Part shown: one piece after another, positions 47,662 through 59,319 of the stretch
Layout: the number at the start of each line of letters is the position of its first letter
How positions within the stretch are numbered: position 1 is the first letter of the stretch
Source: Squalus acanthias
Taxonomy: Eukaryota
DNA length: 64,000 bases
Assembly (NCBI GenBank): GCA_030390025.1
Contig: CM059432.1
Location: forward strand, 140,060,001-140,124,000
Direction: 5' to 3'
Program-made: the position numbers and the translations under genes
Notes under the pieces: generated by a model
Told to the model about the DNA's origin: nothing
The model's database searches: none
What the model saw: only the letters and a program-made list of their open reading frames with translations

Positions 47662-48844
47662 TTCAACATCAATCTCACACATAAGGAACGCCTATTTGAG
47701 TGAGGAACTGGAGGTTCGCTGCTGTCCATAGAACCAAACACCCAGGATCAACTACCTTCTTCAAGAAAGGAGGTGTGATAACCAGAGGGAAAAATCAAAT
47801 AGGAACGTCTCTACCTTTGCTTCTGTGGCTCCACTCGCATATGGCAGCACCCATACAGCGCAGGGCATTCTATGCCTCTATTTGTGCATCTTTGGAATGG
47901 GTAGACCACCCTGGATCAGAAATTACACAAATCTTGTGAATAAACCGCTAACTGCCTTCATTTTAAGTTTTTCAATTAATTTGGGGTCTGAGTCCCAACA
48001 ATAGCGGTATTCGTGGGAGTTACGCAATTAGTAGATGCTTCTAGCCACATCATCCACATGTACTGTCAAGTACATTATTAAAAAAACACAAGTTATCTTA
48101 CAGCACAAGTATAATACCTCTAGTAGAAGAGTGGAAATAGAGCATTGAGTTCAAAAATCTTGCATTTTCCTTTTAATGTGTGTATCTATATTTTAGTCGG
48201 CATTCAGCAGGACTCTTATTAAATACAAATCCACACACAATCAGATTTTAAATTTGTGGTTTTTGACATTGATTGCAAAACAGATGTGGAGAGGCTGTGA
48301 TGGCACTTGGTTGTTTGTGGTCATATTTCACTGAAGTTCTTTCCTTCGGTAAAAGAGGCTTCCCATCTGGCCGGCATAACCACTACCTTACAAGACTACA
48401 TAGATTCAATGCCTAAAATTGTATAGCAAGCTCCAAGACAATTCGTTAGACGTCATGCCACAAAAATATGTGTGCATATGACGTTAGTTAGCCACTGATC
48501 TACATTCCTTAATGGGGTTCCATCTGAAGTTGATCATATATTCCCTCATGTTATATTACAATACCACAACTTTAAAACATTAAAAAAAAATTATTCATGG
48601 GATGTGGGTATCGCTGGCAAGGCCGGCTTTTATTGCCCATCCCTATTTCCCCTCGAGAAGGTGGTGGTGAGCCTCCTTCTTGAACCGCTGCAGTCCGTGT
48701 GGTGAAGGTGCTCCCACAGTGCTGTTAGGGAGGGAGTTCCAGGATTTTGACCCAGCGATGATGAAGGAGCGGTGATATATTTCCAAGTCAGGATGGCGTG
48801 TGACTTGGAGGGGAACTTGGAGGTGGTTCTGTTACCATGCGCCT

Positions 48845-49493
48845 GGTATGTTGGCCTTCATAGCGAAAGGGTTTGAGTATAGGAACAGGGATGTCCTGCT
48901 GCAGTTGTACAGGGCCTTGGTGAGACCACACCTTGAGTATTGTGTGCAGTTTTGGTCGCCTTATCTGAGGAAGGATGTTCTTGCCATGGAGGGAGTTCAG
49001 CGAAGATTCACAAGGCTGATACCTGGGATGGCAGGAATGACATATTAGGAGAGATTGGGTCGATTGGGCTTATACTCGCTGGAGTATAGAAGAATGAGAG
49101 GGGATCTCATCGAAACATATAAAATTCTGACAGGTCTGGACAAACTAGATGCAGGAAGAATGTTCCCGATGGTCGGAGAGTCCAGAACCAGGGGTCATAA
49201 TCTAAGGATAAGGGGTAAGCCATTTAGGACAGAAATGAGGAGGAATTTCTTCACCCAGAGAGTGGTGAACCTGTGGAATTCTCTACCACAGAAGGTAGTT
49301 GAGGCCAAGTCATTAAATATATTCAAGAATGAGTTAGATATATTTCTTAAAGCTAAAGGTATCAAGGGACATGGGGAGAAGGCAGGTACAGGGTACTGAG
49401 TTTGGATGATCAGCCATGATCTCATCGAATGGCGGAGCAGGCTCAAGGGGCCGAATGGCCTACTCCTGCTCCTATCTTCTATGTTTCTATGTT
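48845..49493 (+). mobile_element. CR1 3' fragment, same subfamily as 59320-61448
   Basis: GMLAFIAKGFEYR...[13 protein letters not shown]; (ctatgttt)n tail. Confidence 0.93.
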
Positions 49494-49530
49494 TGCCGCC
49501 CTTGTCCTTCTAGGTGGTAGAGGTCGTGGG

Positions 49531-49832
49531 CAATGTTCCCTCTAAGCTGTGCGGCCCTGCAACAATGGGAAAGGTCCCACGCCAATGTTCGCTCTAATGC
49601 TTTTTTGGGCCGCGCGGCCCCTTTAACGGGCTGCGCAGCCCATTCAAAATTCCGCACACGCGCGGTTATTTCTATTGAAAAGCTGCGAGCTGGCTGCGGG
49701 GGAGCATTGTCCCACGCAGGCCGCTCACCAGATTTAACATTGTAAATACTGCACATGCGCGGAAATTTAAAGGGACCGCGCACTAAATGAAACAGACCGT
49801 GCAGAGCAAAGCGCAGCTTACAGAGCACATTG
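49531..49832. mobile_element. hAT-type MITE
   Basis: TIR caatgttccctctaagctg / cagcttacagagcacattg; 8-bp TSD gtcgtggg at 49523-49530 and 49833-49840. Confidence 0.9.
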
Positions 49833-50359
49833 GTCGTGGGTTTGGGAGGTGCTGTCGAAAAAGCCTCGGTGAGTTGCTGCAGTACATCCTGTAGATGGTA
49901 CACACTGCAGCAATTCGCCAAACAATGATTAACCGATAAACACTTTAATGGGAAGCAATCATAATTATTGGGCACTGTATCAGCCAGTTTGTGCCAATTA
50001 GATTAAGCAATGCTGTTTCTGTGGAGCCAAGATTCAATTTTTTATAGGAACGAATTCCAGTAAAATACCCACCCTGAGCAAGCTCTGAGGCCGCAGAATA
50101 TGATGAAGCAAATTAAAACACTTAGGCCCAAAAATTCCTCGGGAGTTCTCTCCGCCTCCGCTTTCAGCTATTTACACCATTTCTCAGGGCTTTGCTGGCC
50201 CACTAACGTTATGGCAGCAGACTGGGAGAACCAACCCCCTACTGAATCTTGGCTTATTGTGTCATCCCTTAGCTTCTGCCCATGTGGGTTATGAGTGCTG
50301 AGTAAGTAGCTAATTTGCAGTGTGCTGATTCTTTTTTTCATTTTCATAGATTAAGCTAA

Positions 50360-51370
50360 TATGCAATCGTAGTGTGTTTGCGATACGTGTGATAAAAAGA
50401 GCAAGGTATGACCACCAGTCCCATGCCTAACAATCCAGACAACAGTGTAACCCCCGTACACCATTCAGTACCTAATCGCCTGCAACAGGCAAAAAAAAAC
50501 AGAGAAAGAAAGCTGCAGCCAACTCGGGAAGTTCCTCTCCAACTCCTTAAGGCAATCAAACAAGGCTCCAGGAGACCCCTGTAGCCCATAACTTCTGAGA
50601 AACACTAACTAGTAACTTACCCGCTATAACTAGAAATACCCACTTCTCTCAGCAGCTTGTCAAGTCCTTTTTTAAAAGACTTTAATGACTACTTACCCAT
50701 TGTATTTTTCAGCAGTTTGTTCCAGAGGGTAATAACTCCCCGTGAAAAGAAATATGTCTTAGCATCTCATCTAATTCTTTGTCCAAGGGGATTATATACA
50801 TGCTCCCCAGGACTACCATTCTTCTCCATCTCAAATAACCTATCCCACCAGACTGAATCCAATGCCTTCATTAATTTAAAAACTTCAATCATATCCTCTC
50901 TAAGCCTGCATTTCTCCAAAGTAAATAACCTTACCTTTTGGAGCCTATCCCCATAACTAAGCGAGCTAAGGCTGGGCATCATCCTGACCACCCTCCTCTG
51001 CACTTTCTCCAGATCCTCGGTACGCTTCACCATGTGGAGGGACCAAAACTGGGCACAGTCCTCCACGTGAAAATGTACCAAACCCTTATATAGCCTAAGT
51101 ATTGTACTCTTTGTCTGTATTCGGTAGTGCAACCAATACAATTTAAACCCGATTTTCTTTTCCTACTGCTTGTGTTCAACAAGTGATCAACTATCTTTCT
51201 TGATCTGTTACCTTTAATGGATGCCCCTTCTATGGTAAACAAGCTTGGAATTTTCTAACTACAATGACATGACAATGCAATTGTCCACATTAAATGACAC
51301 CTGGCTCACATGGGCCAATTAATTTCACTTGTCTAAGTTGGCTTGTAACCTGTTGAATTGATCTGAATTG
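50360..51370 (-). mobile_element. Old CR1 3' portion with long 3' UTR
   Basis: LYKGLV.FHVEDCAQFWS...LEKVQRR...LREDMIEVFK; UTR motif shared with 9615-9972. Confidence 0.8.
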
Positions 51371-51409
51371 CTAACCCCTGTATACAACATATACAGGGCT
51401 TAGCAATGC

Positions 51410-51878
51410 AGACTCAGCGGGTAGCACTCTCACCTTGGAGTCAGAAGCTTGTGGGTTCATAGACACGCCAGAGACTTCAGCACATAATCCAGGCTGACAC
51501 TCCCGGCGCAGTGCTGAGGGAGTGCTGCACTGTCGGAGGTGCTGCCTTTCGGATGAGACGTTAAACCGAGGCCCTGTCTGCCCTCTCAGGTGAATGTAAA
51601 AGATCCCACGGCACTATTTCGAAGAAGAGCCGGGGAGTTGTCCTCGGTGTCCTGGGGCCAATATCTATCCCTCAACCAACATCACTAAAAACAGATTATC
51701 TGCTCATTATCTCATTGCTGTTTGTGGGAGCTTGTGTGCACAAATTGGCTGCTGCGTTTCCTACTTTACAACAGTGACTACACTTCAAAAGTACTTCATT
51801 GGCTGTAAAGCACTTTGAGACTTCCTGAGGTTGTGAAAGGTGCTGTGTAAATGCAAGCCTTTCTTTCCTTTCTTTCTA
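51410..51878 (+). mobile_element. SacSINE1-like SINE, full length
   Basis: Head, Deu core and L2-type tail. Confidence 0.92.
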
Positions 51879-52821
51879 TCAGCAACTTAGAAGATGGATA
51901 TTTAATACTCTTTCTGCAAATTAGGACCTAAACTGAACATCACTGTATTCTATCTGAATGGAAGTGAGTCATCAGTTCTGCGCCCATAAACAGGACATAA
52001 CAAATTTAGCTTCCATTGAGTCATAATGCCCGAGAGCATAGTGTGCAATGTGATGATGCCATCTACATTAGATACAATTATGCCAAACGGATAAAAGAGT
52101 TTATCAGACACTTTCCGGTAAAGACGGTAAGTACCCCATAGATGCTATCACCTTGAGAAAACTGTGTTCTCTCTGTTTCAGTTTCACTCTCCATCTCCGT
52201 CTCCCCATATCTGAACCCTTTACATTGTGAACGGGATTCAGCATCTGCGGCGTAATAGCGGTGTCGATTGAGCGATGGCAACGTAAACAGCAGAAAATGT
52301 GATTTGCTTTTAACACAACCGATTTCGAATGCCATATCCGTGAAGCTATTTTCCACATTTTTTCAGCCACGTCACAAAACACTCAGAGCGCTGTGGTGTC
52401 ACCGAGCATCCTACAGCTACAGTGGAGACAGAGAATGCAGAAAAAAGAAATGCTAAAAAGCTGTAACGGTATATTTTTCAATAGATAAAGTATGGCCTAG
52501 TTTTAATGCATGTTAAACAGACAACTTAATGGGGGTGTGAGAAACGCACAGATCATTTTTGTCAATGGACTTGTCTAAGTTCACTTGCAACTTAGATTGC
52601 AAGATATCAAGTTAGCCCACTCACAAAACTATGCTTCATATTTCACACACCCACTTACAGAATTTCTCTTTATACAACAAAGTTTACATTATATTAGTCA
52701 GAATTATAGAGGGAGCTTTGGGGCCAGTTTTTAAAGATTGAAAGTAAAGATTGCTTTGAGGCATGTACTTGCTGCTGTTGTAATGCACTTGATTGGGATC
52801 ATTTTTGTTGTTGGGAGCATC

Positions 52822-53405
52822 CATAGAATAATAGAAGTTTACGGCACAGAAGGAGGCCATTCGGCCCATCGTGTCCGTGCCGGCCGAAAAAGAGCTATCC
52901 AGCCTAATCCCACTTTCCAGCTCTTGGTCCGTAGCCCTGTAGGTTACGGCACTTGAAGTGCATATCCAAGTACTTTTTAAATGCGACGAGGGTTTCTGCC
53001 TCTACCACCCTTTCAGGCAGTGAGTTCCAGACCCCCAACACCCACTGGGTGAAAAAAAATTCTCCTCAACTCCCCTCTAATCCTTCTACCAATTACTTTA
53101 AATCTATGACCCCTGGTTATTGACCTCTCTTCGAAGGGAAATAGGTCCTTCCTATCCACGCTACCTAGGCCCCTGATAAATTTATACACCTCAATTAAAT
53201 CTCCCCTCAGCCTCCTCTGTTCCAAAGAAAACAACCCCAGCCTATCCAATCTTTCCTCATAGCTAAAATTCTCCAGTCCTGGCAACATCCTCGCAAATCT
53301 CGTCTGTACCCTCTCTAGCGCAATCACATCTTTCCTGTAATGTGGTGACCAGAACTGTACGCAGTACTCTAGCTGTGGCCCAACTAGTGTTTTATACAGT
53401 TCTAG
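52822..53405 (-). mobile_element. CR1 3' fragment
   Basis: ALERVQTRFARMLPG...LFSLEQRRLRGDLIEVYK. Confidence 0.92.
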
Positions 53406-53799
53406 CTCTCATCTCAAAGAGCTCAACTGGCTTTCATGTGCACTGTGGGCATATTGCAATAACTGCCACATTAAGAGTAACTTGGAATCACCTCATGCAG
53501 TACTAATATAAATGACTCTTCTCCAGAGAGAATAGATTATGTCAGCAAGGCTACTTAATTGGGAACCCAGTGCCAAATACTGTGGAGTTTTCCCATCTTT
53601 TTTGAAGGTCAAGTTAGTTTCCAAACCGCAACTTGGAAGGTCTGGATATGGAGATGTGGGCCAGTAACTTTTGTTTTAAAGGTTTTTCATCTAGCAGTAA
53701 ATTTTTAAATGATTCACTTAAGAACAAGTAGGACTCGGAGAAGAGGTTGTGCCTGGTTTATCAAGGGACGCAGCATTGGCGGGTTTCCAGGAGCTTGTC

Positions 53800-55245
53800 A
53801 CCTGATTGCTGTCTTGGCCAGAAGTGATGTGTGGCTGGAGGAACTCAGTGAATTGGGGGAGGGGGGAGGGGGGGGGGCGGGGAGCTTGCCCAAAAGAAAA
53901 ACCTTATGCTTCATTTCTATCGTATTGGTAAAAATGTTAGGAGCAACGAGTTCAGTGCTTGATCTAACAGTGCCTTTTTAGTCAAATGAAAACCATGAAC
54001 GCTGGAGATCTAAAGTCAAAATAGAAGATGTTGGAAATGTAGGTCAGTCAGCCTCTGACAGAGAAAGAAAAGTAAATGTTTTGCACATCCTGCTGAACCT
54101 CCTGTCTTCGCAACATGGGATGCAGTCCCCGAAAGAAGCAGGAACTAATATGGGGTGTCATCTTTTCAATGTAGCTGTTTTAATGCTAGACTTGCCGTAA
54201 GAAAACTACTCGGCACTTGATCTAAGCGTTAAACAAAGCTTTAATCAACTGTTTTTCAACATGGAGATCTAGTTGTGTCCTTCACTAGTTCCTGTTGAGG
54301 AATATCCTAAGCAAGCTGGGCCCATGCCCGAGTATTTATACTCTCCCTGGACAGTGCCACCAGCAGGCCGCCCAGTATTACTTCATACATGAATGACAAG
54401 ATTCATGTCAAGACTCTTCATAGAATCATACAGCAGAGAAGGAAGCCATTCGGCCCATCGTCCTTATGACGGCTCTTTGAAAGAGCTGTCCGATTAGTCC
54501 CACTTCCCCGGTTCTTTCCCCCATAACCCTGCAAATTTCCCCTTTTCATGTATATATCCAATTCCCTTTTGAAAGTTACTATTGAATCTGCTTCCACCGC
54601 CCTTTCAGGCAGTGCGTTCCAGACCATAACAAATTGCTGCGTAAAAACAATTCTCCTCATTTGCCCTCTGGTTCTTTTGCCAATTACCTTAAATCTGTGT
54701 CCTCTGGACCTTCCTGCCACTGGAAGCAGTTTCTCCTTATTTACTCTATCAAAACCCTTCATAATTTTGAACACCTCTATTAAATCTCCCCTTAACCTTC
54801 TCTGCTCTAAGGAGAACAATCCCAGCTTCTCTCCAGTCTCTCCAAATAACTGAAGTCCCGCATCCCTGGTATCAGTCTACTAAATCTCCTCTGCGACCTC
54901 TCCACGTTTTTTTTATTATAACAAGCTTCTCAAAGTTTACATTATGTTTTGTGGCCATTTTCTCAATGTGCCTTGTTGAACAGCACAGTAGTTTTTCCAG
55001 CAGACTCCAGTAATTCTTGCAGTTGCTATGCCTCAAAGCATCCATTGTCATTGTTCATCTTTATGGTAAGCAATAAGCACTGTTAGATCAAGCACTGAAC
55101 TCGTTACCCTTAATATTTTTACCAATACGGTAGAAATTAGGCGTGAAGTTTTTCTTTTGGGTACGCTCCCCCGCTCCCCCACAATACACTGATTTCCTCC
55201 AGCCACACGTAGTACTGGCCAAGACAGCAAGCGGGTGAACAACAC
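53800..55245. repeat. Unclassified inverted repeat pair of about 180 bp (53800-53975 and 55076-55240)
   Basis: ttgctgtcttggccag...cccaaaagaaaaac...aacgagttcagtgcttgatctaacagtgc occurs on + at left and on - at right. Confidence 0.85.
54418..54905 (-). mobile_element. CR1 3' fragment
   Basis: ORF 54418-54819 FSLEQRRLRGDLIEVFK. Confidence 0.92.
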
Positions 55246-55664
55246 TGAATTGTTCTTCCTAATGACTAAAGCTGCATTACATAGTATTACATAGAATTAC
55301 ATAGTATTTACAGCACAGAAACAGGCCATTCGGCCCAACTGCTCTATGCCGGTGTTTATGCTCCACACGAGCCTCCTCCCACCTCTCTTCATGTACCTCA
55401 TCAATATTGGAATTCTGTCAAGATAATTATATATTATGATTTCTGACTTGTTTCTAATTGAAGTAAATTATAATGTTCTACAATGAGTTGAAATCTACAG
55501 AATATAAAATAGCACATGATTATAGTGGATGGACCACTCATCAATAACTTGATCTGAACAAATGCTACAAGTTGATGCAGTTCACAATGAAGAGGGCTTG
55601 TGTTGCCAATGTTGTCCGACTGGGATGCTGGAATGTTTTCTCTGATCAGCTGTGATTTTTTAAA

Positions 55665-56932
55665 ATTTGTTTATGGGATGTGGGCGTCGCTGGCAAGGCC
55701 AGCATTTATTGCCCATCCCTAGTTGCCCTTGAGAAGGTGGTGGTGAGCCGCCTTCTTGAACCGCTGCAGTCCGTGTGGTGATGGTACTCCCACAGTGCTG
55801 TTAGGGAGGGAGTTCCAGGATTTTGACCCAGCGACGATGAAGGATCGGCGATATACTTCCAAGTCAGGATGGTGTGTGACTCGGAGGGGAACTTGGAGGT
55901 GGTGGTGTTCCATGTCCTTGTCCTTCTAGGTGGAAGAGGTCGCGGGTTTGGGAGGTGCTGCCGAAGAAGCCTTGGCGAGTTGCTGCAGTACATCTTGTAG
56001 ATGGTACACACTGCAGCCACGGTACACCGATGGTGGCGGGAGTGAATGTTTAAGGTGGTGGATGGGGTGCCGATCAAGCTGGCTGCTTTGTCCTGGATGG
56101 TGTCGAGCTTCTTGAGTGTTGTTGGAGCTGCACTCATCCAGGCAAGTGGAGAGTATTCCATCACACTCCTTACTTGTGCCTTGTAGATGGTGGAAAGGCT
56201 TTGGGGAGTCAGGAGGTGAGACACTCACCGCAGAATACCTAGCCTCTGACCTGCTCTTGTTACCACATTATTTATGTGGCTGGTCCAGTTAAGTTTCTGG
56301 TCAATGGTAACCCCCAGGATGTTGATGGTGGGGGATTTGGCGATGGTAATGCCGTTGAATGTCAAGGGGCGGTGGTTAGGCACTCGCTTGTTGGAGATAG
56401 TCATTGCCTGGCACTTGTGTGGCGCGAATGTTACCTGCCACTTATCAGCCCAAGCCTGAACGTCATCCAGGTCTTGTTGCATGCGGGCATGGACTGCTTC
56501 ATTATCTGAGGAAAAGTAAAATACTGCAGATGCTGGAAATCTGAAATAAAAACAGAAAATGCTGGAAATACTCAGCAGGTCAGGCAGCATCTGTAGCAAG
56601 AGAAACAGAGTTAACGTTTCAGGTCGATGACCCTTCGTCAAAAGCAGCTGAACATAGTTGGGCCTAGGACACTGCCCTGAGGAACTCCTGCAGCGATGTC
56701 CTGGGGCTGTGATGATTGACCTTCAACCTCCACAACCATCTTCCTTTGTGCTAGGTATGACTCCAGCCAGTGAAGAGTTTTTCCCCTGATTCCCATTGAC
56801 TTAAGTTTTACTTGGGCTCCTTGATACCACACTCGGTCAAATGCTGCCTTGATGTCAAGGGCAGTCACTCTCACCTCACCTCTGGAATTCAGCTCCTTTG
56901 TCCATGTTTGGACCAAGGCTGTAATGAGGTCG
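55665..56932 (-). mobile_element. LINE family B 3' portion with an internal Penelope-tail insertion
   Basis: ALDIKAAFDRVW...GVPQGSVLGP; MEYSPLAW; family tail. Confidence 0.92.
56512..56641 (-). mobile_element. Penelope-like 3' tail with truncated hammerhead core
   Basis: Minus strand tgacgaagggtcatcgacctgaaacgttaactctg...gatttccagcatctgcagtattt. Confidence 0.8.
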
Positions 56933-56939
56933 AGAGCCT

Positions 56940-58300
56940 CAAGAACAACAAGAAGTTTTTGCAAAGCTTAGTTGCGGAGCAATTCTGCAGAAGTGTTGAG
57001 CTGACTTCATGTCTGGATATTGAACTGAAGGCTACACAAGAATAGCTTTGTCAGAAGTAAATGCAAAATGGTTTTCTTGAGGAATATTGAATGCTTTTAA
57101 TGGATGCAGCAGACAGTCAAACACTGCTTGTCCTATCTAATCCCTGATGAGCGCTGTGAAATATTGAAAAATTGAATAACATTCTTTTGTAGGTTCTCAT
57201 CAAAATATCCCACAAATATTACCAGCAGCTCCATATTACCCATGTCTACTGTCTGGTACAGGTACAAACAGAGGAGACTGCGTGACATCGAAAACTCTAC
57301 TGCTTGTATCCTAACTCGCACCAAGTCCCGTTCACCCATCGCTGACCTTCATTGACTCCCGGTCCTGCAATGCTTCGATTTTAATATTCTCATCCTTGTT
57401 TTCAAATCCCTCCTGGGCCTCACCCCTCCCTATCTCTGTAACCTCCTCCAGCCTTACAACCCTTTGATTTCAATCGCTCCACCATTGGCGGCCGTGCCTT
57501 CAGCTGCCTAGGCCCTAAGCTCTGGAATTCCCTCCCTAAATCCCTCTGCCTCTCCACCTCTCTCTCTTCCTTTAAAAATCTGCTTACATAGAAACATAGA
57601 AGAATAGAAGATAGGAGCAGGAGTAGGCCATTCGGCCCCTCGAGCCTGCTCCGCCATTTAATGAGATCATGGCTGATCATCCAAATTCAGTACCCTGTCC
57701 CTGCTTTCTCCCCATATCCCTTGATCCCTTTAGCCTTAAGAAATATAAAGAACTCCTTCTTGAATATATTTAATGAATTGGCCTCTACTGCCTTCTGTGG
57801 TAGAGAATTCCACAGTTTCACCACTGTCTGGGTGAAGAAATTCCTCCTCATCTCTGTCTTAAATGGCTTACCCCTTATCCTTATGCTTAAAACCTACCTC
57901 GTTGACCAAGCCTGTCCTAATATCTTCTTATGGGGCTCGGTGTCAAATTTTGTCTGATAACGCTCCTATGAAGCGCCTTGGGCTGTTTTATCACGTTAAA
58001 GGCGCTATATAAATGCAGTTGTTGTTGCTGACATGTCCAATTAGTATTTTAGTCCTAGAATATCTGCAGCAATGCAGTTGGCTTTTGTAGCACAGAACCG
58101 TGTCTCATCCTCTTTTCAACTTCTGGATCCATGCATTGCTTCTTCATAAATTGAATAACTTGAGCTCTACACGAAAATGACGAATTGTTCTCTGCCAGAA
58201 GCTTGACCAAAGAAAGCTCTGTTTCTGTTACCTTGGATGTATTTGTGTAGTGAAGAACTAATTCATCTTTTTCACTCCAGCGTGCTTTGCATTCTCCTGT
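56940..58300 (-). pseudogene. hAT-family transposase fossil, split by L2 and CR1 insertions
   Basis: Hand translation: KVTETELSLVKLLAENNSSFS...MKKQCMDPEV, CATKANCIAADILG, CLYLYQTVDMGNMELLVIFVGYFDE, GQAVFDCLLHPLKAFNIPQENHFAFTSDKA, in hAT motif order. Confidence 0.7.
57289..58028 (+). mobile_element. L2 3' fragment with a nested minus-strand CR1 tail (57585-57882)
   Basis: L2 UTR and gttgttg tail; TSD tgacat at 57283-57288 and 58029-58034. Confidence 0.88.
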
Positions 58301-59319
58301 GTCAGTTTGGCTCCCCTGTTAGTACTGTTATCTCCGAGTCAGAAGGTTACTGGTCCAAACCCCGCTCCAGGGATTTAAATATATATATATAGGGCTGGAC
58401 TTCCTACTGATTGGTGGGTTAGCAGTGGGACAGGACTTCTGCCTGCCCAAATGGCTTTCCGCTAACCCGCTCAAATTTCAAATGTCCACCTCTCTGCAGT
58501 GTCTGCCTCATGGATAGCACTGTGCTGATCATGCCACCACTTGTAGAGTGACGGTTCGCTGTGGTTTGGAACAGGGGTGTAAGTTGGGGGAAATGGCTAC
58601 GCCCGTCACCACCATTTATATGCAGTGGGGTAGGCTCAACTGTAAAGGAAATAGCCATATTCCAAAAGATACACTATCCTATGAACAGATTTCTGATATT
58701 ATTAATACATGACATACTGGCTTTAAAAGTCTGGAAAGCCTCGGCAACACAGGCTGCAAACACAATACAGGCTTTTGAGATAAGAACAGTTGGTAACAAA
58801 AGCTGTAAACACCAAACAAGCTTTGAAATGGCAATTGGTTTGTAAATACAAAGACAAAGGCCCTATTGAAAAAGCAAAGGCTTGCTTCCGAGATGTCTAC
58901 AGTTTGGAACCAACACAATAGCAATGTCCAAGTAAAGAGTTAAAAGCTAACACGTCGAACAGAAAAACAGAACATTAAAAAACCATGTGCCTTTGTAAAA
59001 GTAACATCAAATGAAACAGGAAACACGATTATATATATAACCAACTGAAATAGCTAAGAAATGCAAAGAACACCCTAGATGAAGCCTTTTTAATTTACAA
59101 GTTGTAAAAGATACCTACAGAAGGCTTTGAAAATATTACATCAATAGATGCATCAAGCAATCACATTGTTTGTGTGTTGAACTTGGAACAGTTGGGAGAC
59201 GCGAGGTCTGGAATGCAAGCAGCTAAAGGGAGTTAAGAATTCAATAGAAAGACTTCCTAAGAATAGCATCAAATAGATAAATCTGTTATACCATATTTTA
59301 TGATAAGATATGAACACCT

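Larger units (their letters stand above)
48590..49910 (-). mobile_element. LINE family B 3' fragment hosting a CR1 and a hAT MITE
   Basis: Family tail at 48590-48845; resumes at 49494-49530 and 49833-49910. Confidence 0.88.

Noticed and set aside
47680..48520. Protein-like frames at 47680-48000 and 48283-48500
   Set aside because: They contain stops and no recognisable motif; not distinguishable from chance without a search.
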